From the NCBI GenBank assembly GCA_012295275.1, contig CM022672.1:35588001-35652000 (forward strand): DNA of 64,000 nucleotides, read 5' to 3'. The position numbers and the translations under genes were made by a program. The DNA is from Chrysomallon squamiferum. Its lineage: Eukaryota; Animalia; Mollusca. Of the stretch, positions 15,844 through 28,905 are shown piece after piece; within the stretch, counting starts at the first letter, position 1; each line of letters begins with the position of its first letter. Below the pieces are notes generated by a model. That model saw only the letters and a list, made by a program, of their open reading frames with translations. It did not search any database and was not told the origin of the DNA.

Positions 15844-17327
15844 ATGTTTAAAACAACTATATATAGATATATAGTTTTTTGCATGCACACACACACATTG
15901 TTTAATAAAGTTATTATAAACAATACCTATTTTTTATCAGTCCAAGATTAAAAGGAATTTCTTCCTCAGTGAATAATATAGAAATAATTACAGTAGATTA
16001 CAAAGAAAAGAAACAAATTAATGTTTATTTATTTATTTTTACTTTATATTTCAGGTAACATAGAAGATCTGATACGTTGCCATGGTGACAGACAGACAAA
16101 AAGGAAAAATACAAATGTTCTGCCCACTGATTTAGATAAGAAAAGTGATCGACATATTAATATACAAGTAACTACAGAGTTTTTAAAATCATTTTGTTTT
16201 AAATCTTAATTATGTTGGATAAACTTTGATACAGATTTAAAAAAAATGTGTGTTTGTGTGTGTATGTAACAATATATATATATATATTTATTTATTTAAT
16301 TATATATATAAGGTCTTTCAAAAGTAAATATATATATATATTGAAAGAGTTGTTAATTGTTTTATTTATTTATAAACATAAGAGTAAACAATTTTAGTTT
16401 TAATTATATACATAAGAGTTAATTTAAATTTTAGTTTTATTTCTAACTGCAGGCTTTGAAGACAGAAGAAGAAATAAATGGAGTAAAGAAAAAGTTAAAA
16501 CAGCTACATGAGTCACTGTCTCGCAATGAACACAAGTAAGATAACTCAGCGTTTTGAAAACTGTTTTATTACAGTGTATAAAATGACATAGACAATGGGG
16601 GTAATTTCTAGATGTAAATGAAACCTTTATTTGTTGCTGTTTTCAGACTGTAACAGCAAGTCAGCTATTGTATCAAAATGTCAGTGTGGCCTTTGAATCA
16701 GATAAAATAATTGGATAAACAGTTTTGTTTTGTTATGTTTAAAAATAATGTAAGTGGTGTTTAGTGAGTGTTAAAGAATTATTTATCATTACTTGGGTGA
16801 CGAAATCAGAATATGTATCTCCTCCACCTTTTTATGATTGTTTCAGAATGTTTGACATTGCAAATATATCCATTCCAGAGAAATTACCAGCTAGAAAAAA
16901 ACAAAAAAAACAATAATAATCATAATAATAATAGAAATTAAAATAAATTAAAATTATTAGTAAAATAATATATATTAACCACTTTTAGTTTTTGTATGAT
17001 TACTACTTCATTGTTAGAGACTTGTTTATGAGCAGGTGCATCTTAAAGACTGCCTTCTTGCTAAGAGAAAAAGAATAGCCCATTGATTGGAAGTAAAATG
17101 TTTTCATTGCTATCTGTAGTTGTTATGTTAAAAATGTGTTCAGTTTACTGTTAAATAAAACATTTTCTTTTTTTTTTCTTTTTTTCAGAGACAAGAAAAT
17201 GGCAAAACATATCCGTGAAAAGATTTCATCACTCACAGAATATTTACAGACATTACAGTCTTCAAACAGAGCGTTAGAAGATCACAAAGTGAAAAGAAAA
17301 AATCACCAGAAATTAACCATATTTTAA
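144..17327 (+). CDS. ZGPAT: Zinc finger CCCH-type with G-patch domain protein, 3' part; exons 144-274, 492-600, 1179-1355, 16055-16167, 16453-16535, 17189-17327
   Basis: All introns are GT-AG with compatible phases. The spliced translation gives FADWEKHTT|GIGSKLMIKMGYVMGQGLGTKGEGRAEPV (G-patch), GKSLD, NIFDFINSKL, a coiled coil and a C-terminus HQKLTIF*, matching the ZGPAT layout. The 5' exons lie outside the window. Confidence 0.92.
902..1150. repeat. Tandem repeat with alternating 50/47-bp units (x5)
   Basis: acgatacattcttgactgtacttgctgtgtaatgaattag at 911, 961, 1008, 1058 and 1105. Confidence 0.9.
4386..6557 (-). CDS. RING finger (C3HC4) plus coiled-coil protein, TRIM-like, 723 aa, single coding exon, nested antisense in a ZGPAT intron
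   Basis: Long ORF with CRLC...PKILSCLHSYCCMCL...CPVC, followed by a helical/coiled-coil region and an acidic disordered tail. An acceptor (ttttttcag, AG at 6560-6559) lies 1 nt before the ATG at 6557, so the ORF-track start at 6581 is intronic. Confidence 0.88.
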   Translation of the reverse strand: MTDNQSVLLVNSPICRLCQKVYQNPKILSCLHSYCCMCLQQLHRTDNNYVMCPVCNVETSLPPGGIINLTTNSFLNRISKDYIETIKSSIRKKSTDSFQHDVHANRVTQSNSVDRSSEVDSADDAKLETCKVSEKLRSELQHLQGEALRMTYSLEMVTDIVTNWKTHTVELKNQIQQRSALLQHIIQRHEKQLISQLTNQEYTDQFEEDIESAKCGLKQNLKNTIQAIEFIKQVQEFATEEDILNMQEFLLKDLATLNKVSINYKKYSADFEDVTDVLGEHFGHLSSLHIQDVVFEPKQSGEATEAQDHQQKSDETSVPKWLQFRRKKNKERRLTSVVDKNWRADESKQTKSLSYLRENLVQRRRHLLQEYNSFDSGKVYMHQREIQEKKKKRKYHSFGGRSAMSVAPPDAATLKEVSDYMQITPHDLPSEETALAEIDVTNTEEKEYKLHTDDRNHSHTCDTLNQTNKESEADDKNTEEEWTVVTEEVVVQQPSPHHTAHDAVSFTEQTWRPSTDPVRTEEDNTSDCEWVVTVEEVSVEQQQQTDIRSSSRTDPDKSNFKSESSNCELHRVNRGDKSADSCSLGEWTVTTEEVCVPTDSFIRSSVAHEDRETRLKFLMNNWKKRKDVLKQTEGFVAPTTAERKPSNSLSAEEHKDSTNNLSVNIRTLLEEEKNRSAAQDTEEETHGDSQLGDKHSSSLTKDRLNEYRKNMREKAQRWRISST
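6561..6720. repeat. ~38-bp AT-rich repeat (x4) abutting the RING gene acceptor
   Basis: acaaaatactttaaataaaaaacagaaatatatttata is repeated. Confidence 0.85.
7665..8703. repeat. 20-bp minisatellite (~50 copies)
   Basis: actcatagatcacttgttat variants, drifting to actcacagatcactggttgt at the right end. Confidence 0.95.
8758..12205. repeat. 46-bp satellite (~75 copies), highly homogeneous
   Basis: gtgtttaataatgtaattact(c/g)tacacagtattaacaagtagctag, with a recurrent 38-bp deletion variant. Confidence 0.97.
13845..14250. repeat. CA-rich compound minisatellite
   Basis: cttatatacatagatacacacacacaaacacacacataa units. Confidence 0.85.
14547..14760 (-). other. Possible 5' UTR exon of the nested RING gene
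   Basis: Minus-strand donor GAG|GTAAGT at 14547|14546, next to a more GC-rich unique segment. The donor is duplicated 80 bp away. The upstream boundary is a guess. Confidence 0.35.
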
Positions 17328-18667
17328 ATACATTAATAAAGTTTGTCAACATTCACTGTATGTCTGACTTACAAACAAGGATAATAAAAATAAAAATAAA
17401 ATACCTTGTATTTTATTATCTCCTCTTTCTAGCCTTTCAGCGGTATATTATTAATTTATTCAGCATACATTGTTTTTATTATAAACACTTTAAATTTTAT
17501 TTTATTTAATTGTTTTTACATTTTATTTTCATTTATACAAGTTCACAATATATTACATGCATGCACACACATACATTCATACATGTATTTTAAGAAAATA
17601 AATTTAAAAACAATCAGAAGCAAACTATAATACAAATGTAATTATATTTAACCTCCCGATTCCTGACAAACAGAAAAAACTTTTATTACGAAGAGGAAAT
17701 TGCCTGCAGCTGTTGTGAATATTTTCTTTTTAAACCATTTATATATTTGTTTGAAATGACAAAACATTTATTTACTTTGAAATTATAAAACCATTTATAT
17801 ATTTGTTTGAAATGACAAAACATCATTTATTTACTGTCATTATTTATTTTGTTCATTTGTTATAACTGAATTCAGGCAGATTATATAACTGAACATCTAA
17901 TGTATTTGAATAAACCATAGAATAAATTATATAAATTATTTGTTCAATACTTTTCTTTATTATTTTATTATTATTATTATTTTGTTTTTAAATGTACATT
18001 TAAAATGTATGTGCAAACACTTAGAGGAAATATTAATATCTTAGAACATGATCTTCACTGTCATCTGTAGCTAAAGCTTAATACTGTTAAGCTATTTTAG
18101 AATAATTTTTTAATACTTGTAAGATATTTTAAACTAATATTTTAAATTAATTTCTTAACAAAATGTATCTAAATTATAGCAGCAGGAGACATTTTAATTC
18201 TAGTGTGAATAATCTAGAATTCTTCAGTGTTAAGAAAGAGAAATAGGTCCAAAAAAAAAGAGGTCAAAATAAATAAAGCAGAATAACCTGTTGCCAGATG
18301 TAAAAACGTCTTTAAATGAAGTGAATATTTAATTTTAACATTAAACTTTTGCCTGATGAGAATTGAAATTTTGAACATTTTTAGGCTAAAGGGAGGTTTC
18401 TTTCTTTTTATTTCTTTATTTTTTTATTTTTTTACGTTTCCTATAAACAATAATTGACTCTTATACACTGGTCATAGAGAATATTTGTAAACTGCTGATA
18501 ATTTTACATGAATAAATGAATGATTACATAACATTATTTGTTATAAAACCCATTTTAATTGTATTCTGTTATGGAGGTTATATCAATAATAGCCACAGTT
18601 TGAAATCACACACAAATCATTATTTACAAATCTGGCCACGTAACTCGAACTTCATTGTTTACCTTGT

Positions 18668-18698
<31 letters not shown>

Positions 18699-19177
18699 TA
18701 CTGATCTTGTTAATTTGTTTATGTGAAATAGCAGGCTTTTTTATTTTTATTTAAAACAAAAATCTAAAACAAACCTTGAGTTCTTAAGTTTTTCAAAATA
18801 CAGCAGATAGTGTGTTTTTTTTCTTGTGTGTAATTTTCAATACTCATTGAAAGTTTTGTTTATACCACTGACTGATATCTTATACAAAAATAATAATTTT
18901 CATCTGTTTATTTTATTCATTTACTTGTATATACTTCTGTACTACCATATTCAGTCACATTTTGTCACTGTTTTGAAGGCTCTGTTACCACATAAAAACT
19001 TGACAGTTACATTTCTTGTTTGTTCTTTCTTGTCAGTAAGAAAACAATAATAATCACAAGAAATTCATTTGTTACTTCAGTAATGTGTAAAACATGGAGG
19101 AAAGTCTGGCATCTTCACACAGACATTCGGATCTACAGACAAACACAGTTTAATTGAAAGACGTACATCCATTTACA

Positions 19178-19234
19178 CTGTGTGTGTGTGTGTATATATG
19201 TATATGTATATGTATATATATGTGTATATATATA

Positions 19235-19303
<69 letters not shown>

Positions 19304-19365
19304 ATATATGTATATGTATATATATGTATATATATATACGTGTGTGTGTGTGTGTATATATATAT
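19178..19365. repeat. (TG)n/(TA)n compound microsatellite
   Basis: Seen directly; it accounts for the overlapping low-complexity ORFs. Confidence 0.9.
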
Positions 19366-19579
19366 AACTTCATACATATATATTCAGACACACAGACATA
19401 TGCATGCAAAAAACAACACAACAAATATGACAAGACAAAGACAAACTAGAAAAAAACTTTAATAATATTAACAGTGTTAAAACATTTTCAGTAATGTATA
19501 TTAATGATGACCAAACCTAAAAATAAGGTAAAATGTTTCATGCTAATTAAATAGATCACTGAATGTTTTTATAATTAAT

Positions 19580-22500
19580 TTATTTAATTCCTATTCCAAG
19601 CGTGAAGGTTTTCCATGCTCCAGATTTACACTCTGCTGACTTCAGGTCAGGCATGGGGGGGGGAAGAGGCTGGATGCTGGGGCGTGTGTTTTTCAGAGGC
19701 TTTCTGCTGAACAAAATATCCTTCACTTTGGAGTTCACCTGCAACAGAAAATATTTTATTTCTTATTTGTGAGAAACCTAAAGCCATTTAGCATTTTAGA
19801 CACATAAGTTGACCAGTAATCTATTTCAAAAACAAAAATAGTCCATCATAAAAAGAAAACAGTATGAAAAATAAACCTGAACAAACATGCATATATATAG
19901 ATATATAGATATATAGATAGATAGATAGATTGAAAAATAAACCTGAACAAACATGCATATATATAGATATATAGATAGATAGATAGATAGATAGATATTA
20001 CTGAAAATACTGAATTTTTTTATTGTAGAGTTTTAGTGTTTTGCTTTCAGACAACATGTTAAATTTAGTCTTATGTAATAACTATATCCTTGGTTTTTCA
20101 GTATTACTGGGTAGGTTCATCAAACACACACACACACATACATACAGACATATACATACATATACAGTAATACATATACATTTTATTGTCAGACAAACAC
20201 AACCATAAACACTATACCTTACAGATACATAAACAAATAATAAAAGTGTGACACATTAAAACACTGGCCTGTACAAAATTACAAGTAAAAAAACTAATAT
20301 TTGGAAATATCACAAATATCTTCATACAAACCTTTTTCTTTTCCTGGATGTATTTTTCATTGAAATCTTTGTCAGTGATACATAATTTAATTGCACGTTT
20401 CTTCTTCGTTTCATTAATGGTGGATGTTGAAACTGTATCTGTTTCACATTGAGCAAACCTGCAAAACAACAAAACTTTGTTTGTCAACATCCTGTCTCCT
20501 GCTGATCAATGCAACACACTCACTATAAACAATACACACATATGTACACATAAACACACATATACATAAACACACACACAGATACACACATGCACACACA
20601 CATGCACACACACAAATACACACACACAAAATAGAGACTTACACACTTATACACACACATACACAGAAATATACACACAAACACACACAGACACATACAG
20701 ACACATACAGACACACAAACACGCACATGCATACATACATACACAAACAAATACACACATACAAATACACACACATACAAAAATACATAGACACACACAT
20801 ACACACACACACATACACAAACACATGCACACACACACACACATACACAGACACAAATATATACACACACACATACACACACATACTCACACATACACAC
20901 ACACATACACAAATACACAAATACATACACACTCACACACACATATACACACACACATACACACACACAAACACACATACACAAACACCCACATAAAGGT
21001 TGTCTACCTGATTGATGACAGAGGCTGTAGTTTGATGGGAGACGCTGTTGCGATGAGGTTCTGCAGAGTTCTGTGAGCACCAGCAGCTACGGGGCTGTTG
21101 ATAACATCACCAACAGACTTGCCTGGGAAGAGTCGCGAGAGGATGGAGACAACGTCTTCGTTCATTGGTTCAAGCAGCAAACCCAGAACCAGGTCCTGTC
21201 TGGCTCCGTTAGAATTCTGAAAACCACGTTTAACACTGAAAACCACGTTTAACACTGAAATGTTTAACACTGAAAACCACGTTTAACACTGAAAACCACG
21301 TTTAACACTGAAACGTTTAACACTGAAAACCACGTTTAACACTGAAAACCACGTTTAACACTGAAAACCACGTTTAACACTGAAAACCACGTTTAACACT
21401 GAAAACCACGTTCAACACTGAAAACCACGTTTAACACTGAAAACCATGTTTAACACTGAAAATCATGTTTAACCATGAAAACCACGTTTAACACTGAAAA
21501 TCATGTTTAACACTGAAAACCATGTTTAACATTGAAAACCACGTTTAACACTGAAAACCATGTTTAACATTGAAAACCACATTTAACACTGAAAACCATG
21601 TTTAACACAGCACTGATATGTTTTAATAACAAAGATTCACCCATGTTTAACACAGCACTGATATGTGTTTTTCTAACAAACATTCACCCATGTTTAACAC
21701 AGCACTGATATGTGTTTTTCTAACAAAGATTCACCCATGTTTAACACAGCACTGATATGTGTTTTTCTAACAAAGATTCACCCATGTTTAACACAGCACT
21801 GATGTTTTTTCTAACTAACATTCACCCATGTTTAACACAGCACTGATATGTGTTTTAATAACAAAGATTCACCCATGTTTAACACAGCACTGTTATGTCA
21901 AAGATTCACCCATTTTTACTAACAAACATTCACCCATGTTTAACACAGCACTGATATGTTTTACTAACAAAGATTCACCCATGTTTAACACAGAACTGAT
22001 ATGTTTTACTAACAAAGATTCACCCATGTTTAACACAGAACTGATATGTGTTTTACTAACAAAGATTCACCCATGTTTAACACAGCACTGATATGTTTTT
22101 ATAACAAAGATTCACCCATGTTTAACACAGCACTGATATGTGTTTTACTAACAAACATTCACCCATGTTTAACACAGCACTGATGTTTTTATCTAACAAA
22201 GATTCACCCATGTTTAACACAGCACTGATATGTGTTTTAATAACAAAGATTCACCCATGTTTCACACAGCACTGATATGTTTTACTAACAAACATTCACC
22301 CATGTTTAACACAGCACTGATATGTGTTTTAATAACAAACATTCACCCATGTTTAACACAGCACTGATGTTTTAATAACAAAGATTCACCCATGTTTAAC
22401 ACAGCACTGATATGTGTTTTAATAACAAACATTCACCCATGTTTAACACAGCACTGATATGTGTTTTTCTAACAAAGATTCACCCATGTTTAACACAGCA

Positions 22501-25500
22501 CTGTTATGTGTTTTACTAACAAACATTCACCCATGTTTAACACAGCACTGATATGTGTTTTTACTAACAAAGATTCACCCATGTTTAACACAGCACTGAT
22601 ATGTGTTTTAATAACAAACATTCACCCATGTTTAACACAGCACTGATATGTGTTTTACTAACAAACATTCACCCATGTTTAACACAGCACTGATATGTGT
22701 TTTACTAACAAAGATTCACCCATGTTTAACACAGCACTGATACATGTTTTACTAACAAACATTCACCCATGTTTAACACAGCACTGATATGTGTTTTAAT
22801 AACAAACATTCACCCATGTTTAACACAGAACTGATATGTGTTTTAATAACAAACATTCACCCATGTTTAACACAGCACTGTTATGTTTTACTAACAAACA
22901 TTCACCCATGTTTAACACAGCACTGATATGTGTTTTAATAACAAACATTCACCCATGTTTAACACAGCACTGTTATGTTTTTTTCACCCATGTTTAACAC
23001 AGCACTGATACGTTTTACTAACAAAGATTCACCCATGTTTAACACAGCACTGATATGTGTTTTAATAACAAACATTCACCCATGTTTAACACAGAACTGA
23101 TATGTGTTTTAATAACAGATTCACCCATGTTTAACACAGCACTGTTATGTGTTTTACTAACAAACATTCACCCATGTTTAACACAGCACTGATACATGTT
23201 TTACTAACAAAGATTCACCCATGTTTAACACAGCACTGATATGTGTTTTAATAACAAACATTCACCCATGTTTAACACAGCACTGATATGTGTTTAACAC
23301 AGCACTGATTTTTTACTAACAAAGATTCACCCATGTTTAACACAGCACTGATTTTTTAATAACAAACATTCACCCATGTTTAACACAGCACTGATATATG
23401 TTTTAATAACAAAGATTCACCCATGTTTAACACAGAACTGATATGTTTTACTAACAAAGATTCACCCATGTTTAACACAAAGAACCCATGTTTAACACAG
23501 CACTGATATGTGTTTTAATAACAAACATTCACCCATGTTTAACACAGCACTGATATGTTTTAATAACAAAGATTCACCCATGTTTAACACAGAACTGATA
23601 TGTTTTTAATAACAAAGATTCACCCATGTTTAACACAGCACTGATATGTTTTAATAGAACTGATATGTTATTTTTAATAACAAACATTCACCCATGTTTT
23701 ACACAGCACTGATATGTTTTACTAACAAAGATTGACCCATGTTTAACACAGCTCTGATAGACAGAAAATATAAATCTTCATTACCAGCTGGTGAAAAATC
23801 AATATAATTGATAATTAAAAAAATGAAACAAATAAGTAATTCAAAATTCTAATACTGAATAAGAGTCAAAAAAAAATTAAGAAAAATTATAGTAATAAAA
23901 ATAAAATAATGATATGCTTAAGCCTATCACCAAGTTTTTTCTTGCTCCATTTGAATTCTGAAATTTTTTTTAATACAGCATTGACATTTAAATAAAAAAG
24001 AAATGAAAACTCATGTTTGACTATTTTCTTCAAATAGAATACAAAAAATTTCAAATCCAGCTGGTGAAATATTAATATCATTATTGTCAAGACATATTTA
24101 GCTAATTACTTTCAATAAAATTTAAACCTTAATAATGAAGTATTAATCTGGCATCTTCAACTAATAACCAAAAAACACAAGAACCCCTATATCATGGATA
24201 AACTAATCCTGACTAATAAAGTTTGCTGATTTCTTTAATGAATGTTTGTAGAGATTGTAAATTAACTGAATAATTATAGACAAATAAACTACAGGATCTA
24301 ACCTCCATCATGTATCTGGTTCTTGCTCTGGAGATGTAGAACTGACCAACGCGTGGGTTGTACTGAATTGCCAGAGTGAACTTTGCCTCAGCTACCTGCA
24401 GTTTGTGAACATCACAGTTTTATAATCACAAACACACAACAAATAAAAATTAAAAAATAAAACTTATATCTACTGATTTTTTACATTTTGCCATACATTT
24501 GTCTTTCTTTTTCTCAAACCCTAATACAACAATGTTTTAAAATATAACTAAAATTAATAGTTTTTAGTTAAATCTATTTCCCCCCAAAAATTATGCATAA
24601 TCTTTCAACTAATGCAAAACTTATATAAAAACTGGTTTAAATGTCTTTCTTTCTTGAATTAAGAACAACTAAACAAGTGACATATTAAAACCTCAGATTA
24701 CTTTTATGTCTATTAAATGAGGTTATTATTTAATATATTTGTCGTATCACTATACTTTATTTTATTATTTTGTTAAGGTTTAATCAATCATAGTATATTC
24801 ATTTAGTGAATTACAAATTCACTTTTGATTAGAAGAATTAGTTAACAGCAGCATAAATATTTATAAAAACAGAACTAATAAACTAATACACAGTTTAAGA
24901 CAAAATAACAAACTGAATTTTAGAATTTGTGTAAGCCTAAAGAATATCTTAAAATTAACATGAAATGAATCCGTGGGTTGAAGAGTAATGAAATCTCAAC
25001 TGTAATAATTCATAAAACTGAAAAAGTTTTGAATATTTTTATTTATAACAAGGAATTGGTAAAACATGGCAGAAAGAGAAACTCACGGCATAGTTTTTGT
25101 TCTGATACTGGTTAATTCCAAACTCATGTTGAATTATGGCGATTCTTGCCTTCACAGTCAAGTCCATTGGGTCAATTTCCAGAGCTTGGTGATAATCTTG
25201 TAATGCAAAATTCAGCTCAGTTTGCTTGAAGAAACAGTCTGTAAAGAAAGAAATAATCTTGTAACACAAAATTCAGTTCAGTTTGCTTGAAGAAACAGTC
25301 TGTAAATAAAGAAATAATCTTGTAATGCAAAATTCAGTTCAGTTTGATTGAAGAAACAGTCAGTAAAGAAAGAAATAATCTTGTAACACAAAATTCAGCT
25401 TAGTTTGCTTGAAGAAACAGTCTGAAAAGAAATAATCTTGTAATGCAAAATTCAGCTCAGTTTGCTTGAAGAAACAGTCTGTAAATAAAGAAATAATCTT

Positions 25501-27667
25501 GTAACACAAAATTCAGTTCAGTTTGCTTTAAGAAACAGTCTGTAAATAAAGAAATAATCTTGTAACACAAAATTCAGCTCAGTTTCCTTGAAGAAACAGT
25601 CTGTAAAGAAAGAAATAATCTTGTAACACAAAATTCAGCTTAGTTTGTTTGAAGAAACAGTCTGAAAATAAAGAAATAATCTTGTAATGCAAAATTCAGC
25701 TCAGTTTGCTTGAAGAAACAGTCTGTAAATAAAGAAATAATCTTGTAACACAAAATTCAGTTCAGTTTCCTTGAAGAAACAGTCTGTAAATAAAGAAATA
25801 ATCTTGTAACACAAAATTCAGCTCAAAGAAACAGTCTGTAAAGAAAGAAATAATCTTGTAACACAAAATTCAGCTTAGTTTGTTTGAAGAAACAGTCTGA
25901 AAAGAAATAATCTTGTAATGCAAAATTCAGCTCAGTTTGAGGAAATATTTTGAGGAAACAGACTGCAAATAATGTTGTAAATCACAGTTCAGCTTGTTTT
26001 TTGTGAAGAAACAATCTGTAAAGAAAGAAATGTGTGTGTGTGTGTGTGTGTGAGAATTATACCTCCTCTGTTCACATAAAGACCCTTTTCATTTTTCTCT
26101 CCCTTTATAGCCTTGTTGAGGAGAATGATAGCTTCATCGTAGTAACCCTTCTCAAAGCACTCGACAGCGAAGTCGTTGTATGTGAGTAGTAGTTGACGTT
26201 GAGAGTCAGCGTAGACTGGATCTTCTTCATTGTGTTCACACTTATCCAGAGCAAGCAGGAAGTCATCGATGGCAGCGTTAAAATCATGTAACTTGCGGTG
26301 AAGAGCTCCTCTGAAATATTTAAGTAAATTCTTAGTTGTTACTGAACTAACTAAATCGTCAGGGAAAAAGAATGTTATTACTTTATGGCATACTTCATTA
26401 TTAGTAATGATTGGTTTACTAAAAACTCTAACATGGAAATACACAATAACATATTTCAAGCTCTGTGTGAAAGGTATAAAATCTGGAAAACAGTTTTTCA
26501 AAATGGTGATTATTTTTTTTTAATATACTCATGAAAACTAGTGAATTTAAATAAGATTATTTTAAACATGGAAATCAGTTTTGGTAGGTTTTTATTTTTC
26601 TGTTGTATGATATTTACTGAGTTATTTAATATAAAAATACCTGTGTACATGGTAATCAGCTAGTTATTTAATATAAAATACCTGTGTACATGGTAATATG
26701 CTTTGGCAGGGTTGGTTTCTATAGAGAGAGATTTACTGAGTTATTTAATATAAAATACCTGTGTACATGGTAATCTGCTTTGGCAGGGTTGGTTTCTATA
26801 GAGAGAGATTTACTGAGTTATTTAATATAAAATACCTGTGTACATGGTAATCAGCTAGTTATTTAATATAAAATACCTGTGTACATGGTAATCAGCTTTG
26901 GCAGGGTTGGTTTCTATAGCGAGTGAGATTTTCTGCAGAGCCTCTCTGTGTTTGCCCACCACATTGAGATTGATCGCCTGAGTCTTGTAGTCTGAGGCTC
27001 TGTTCTCTAAATTAATCATCATTGTCTTCGCTTCAGGGTGATCACTGTTGATAGTCAGAGCATCTTTGACATCATAGTAGCTTAGTGTTGTCTGAAAATA
27101 GCATCACGTATGGTTACAACACGTTTGTATGAATATTAATATTTGTTATTAACAATTATCAGAGACGAATGATTAACAAAGAAAAGCAAAGAAAACACAC
27201 AAGCACACAGACTGACACATACACACACATACACATGCAAACAGACAAATATAGACTCACACATCTCACACATACAGACGCATGTGCAAATAGACAAAAA
27301 ACACATACACATGAAAACAGACAGAGAAACGAGAAAATATAAATAATTTATAAATGCTGTGATTTCTGAATTTCTGCCTGTGAATCTCTGCATATAAGAT
27401 TCTTACTGATATGAATATCTCATGACTCTTTTCTGTTTTACTCCATCCTGACATTAATGACAGAGAGACATAAATATACATACCCATATACATACAAAAT
27501 ATATTTAAAATGCATCTTCAACAAAGAATTAAACTCAGATATATATATATCTATATATATATGTCTCTGTGTCTATATGTGTGTGTGTGTCTGTGTGTGT
27601 GAGAGAGAGAGAGAGGTGTGTGAGTAAAATTTCTCTCTCTCACTCTACATATATATATATATATTTA

Positions 27668-27703
<36 letters not shown>

Positions 27704-27854
27704 TGTATGTATGTATGTATGTATATATCTATGTATATGTGTATGTGTGTGTGTGTAATGGTTATGTAGATGTAGAGTTAGAGATATACTAACAAATACT
27801 GAAATATATACACATAAGAGATTGATGTAAGAAAACTCACATTTCTGAACATTT

Positions 27855-27901
<47 letters not shown>

Positions 27902-27950
27902 GACACACACACACAAACAGATGTAAGAAAACTCACATTTCTGAACATTT

Positions 27951-28025
<75 letters not shown>

Positions 28026-28071
28026 CAGACACACACACACAAACAGATGTAAGAAAACTCACATTTCAACA

Positions 28072-28115
<44 letters not shown>

Positions 28116-28120
28116 GACAG

Positions 28121-28153
<33 letters not shown>

Positions 28154-28441
28154 ACACAGACAAACACACACAGACACACACAGACAGACACACACACAAA
28201 CACACACACACACACACACACACAGACACAGTCACACACAAACAGACACATGCACACACAGTCACACACACAGTCACACACACAGACACACACACAAACA
28301 CACACACAAACAGACACACACACACACAGACACACACACAGGCACACACACACACACACACACAGACAAACACACACACACACCCAGACACACAGAAACA
28401 CACACACAGAAACACATACACAGACACACACACACACACAG

Positions 28442-28474
<33 letters not shown>

Positions 28475-28869
28475 GATACAAACAAACAGATGTAAGAAAA
28501 CTCACATTTCTGAACATTTCGTGTAGTCTGGCTCTCATCACGTACAGATCAGGGTTTCCATTGTCGACTTCCAGCCTCTTGTTGATCAGTGCAAGACACT
28601 CACCATGTCTTTGTAGAGCTGCCAGACAGGCTATACTGAACACAGAAACTGTTTGTTTGTTTTATCTTATTTAAAATTGTCTTGTCTTGTCTTGTCTTGT
28701 CTTATCTAAAATGTACTTATCTTGTCTTATCTCATCTTATTTAAAATTATCTTATTTTATTTTATCTTATCTTATATTATCTAAAATGCAACAACAGTAT
28801 TACTTTTTCTCCTCTTTTCTTCTTTATTTCTTTTATTTCTTTCTTTATTTCTTTTTCTTTTATTTCTTT

Positions 28870-28905
<36 letters not shown>

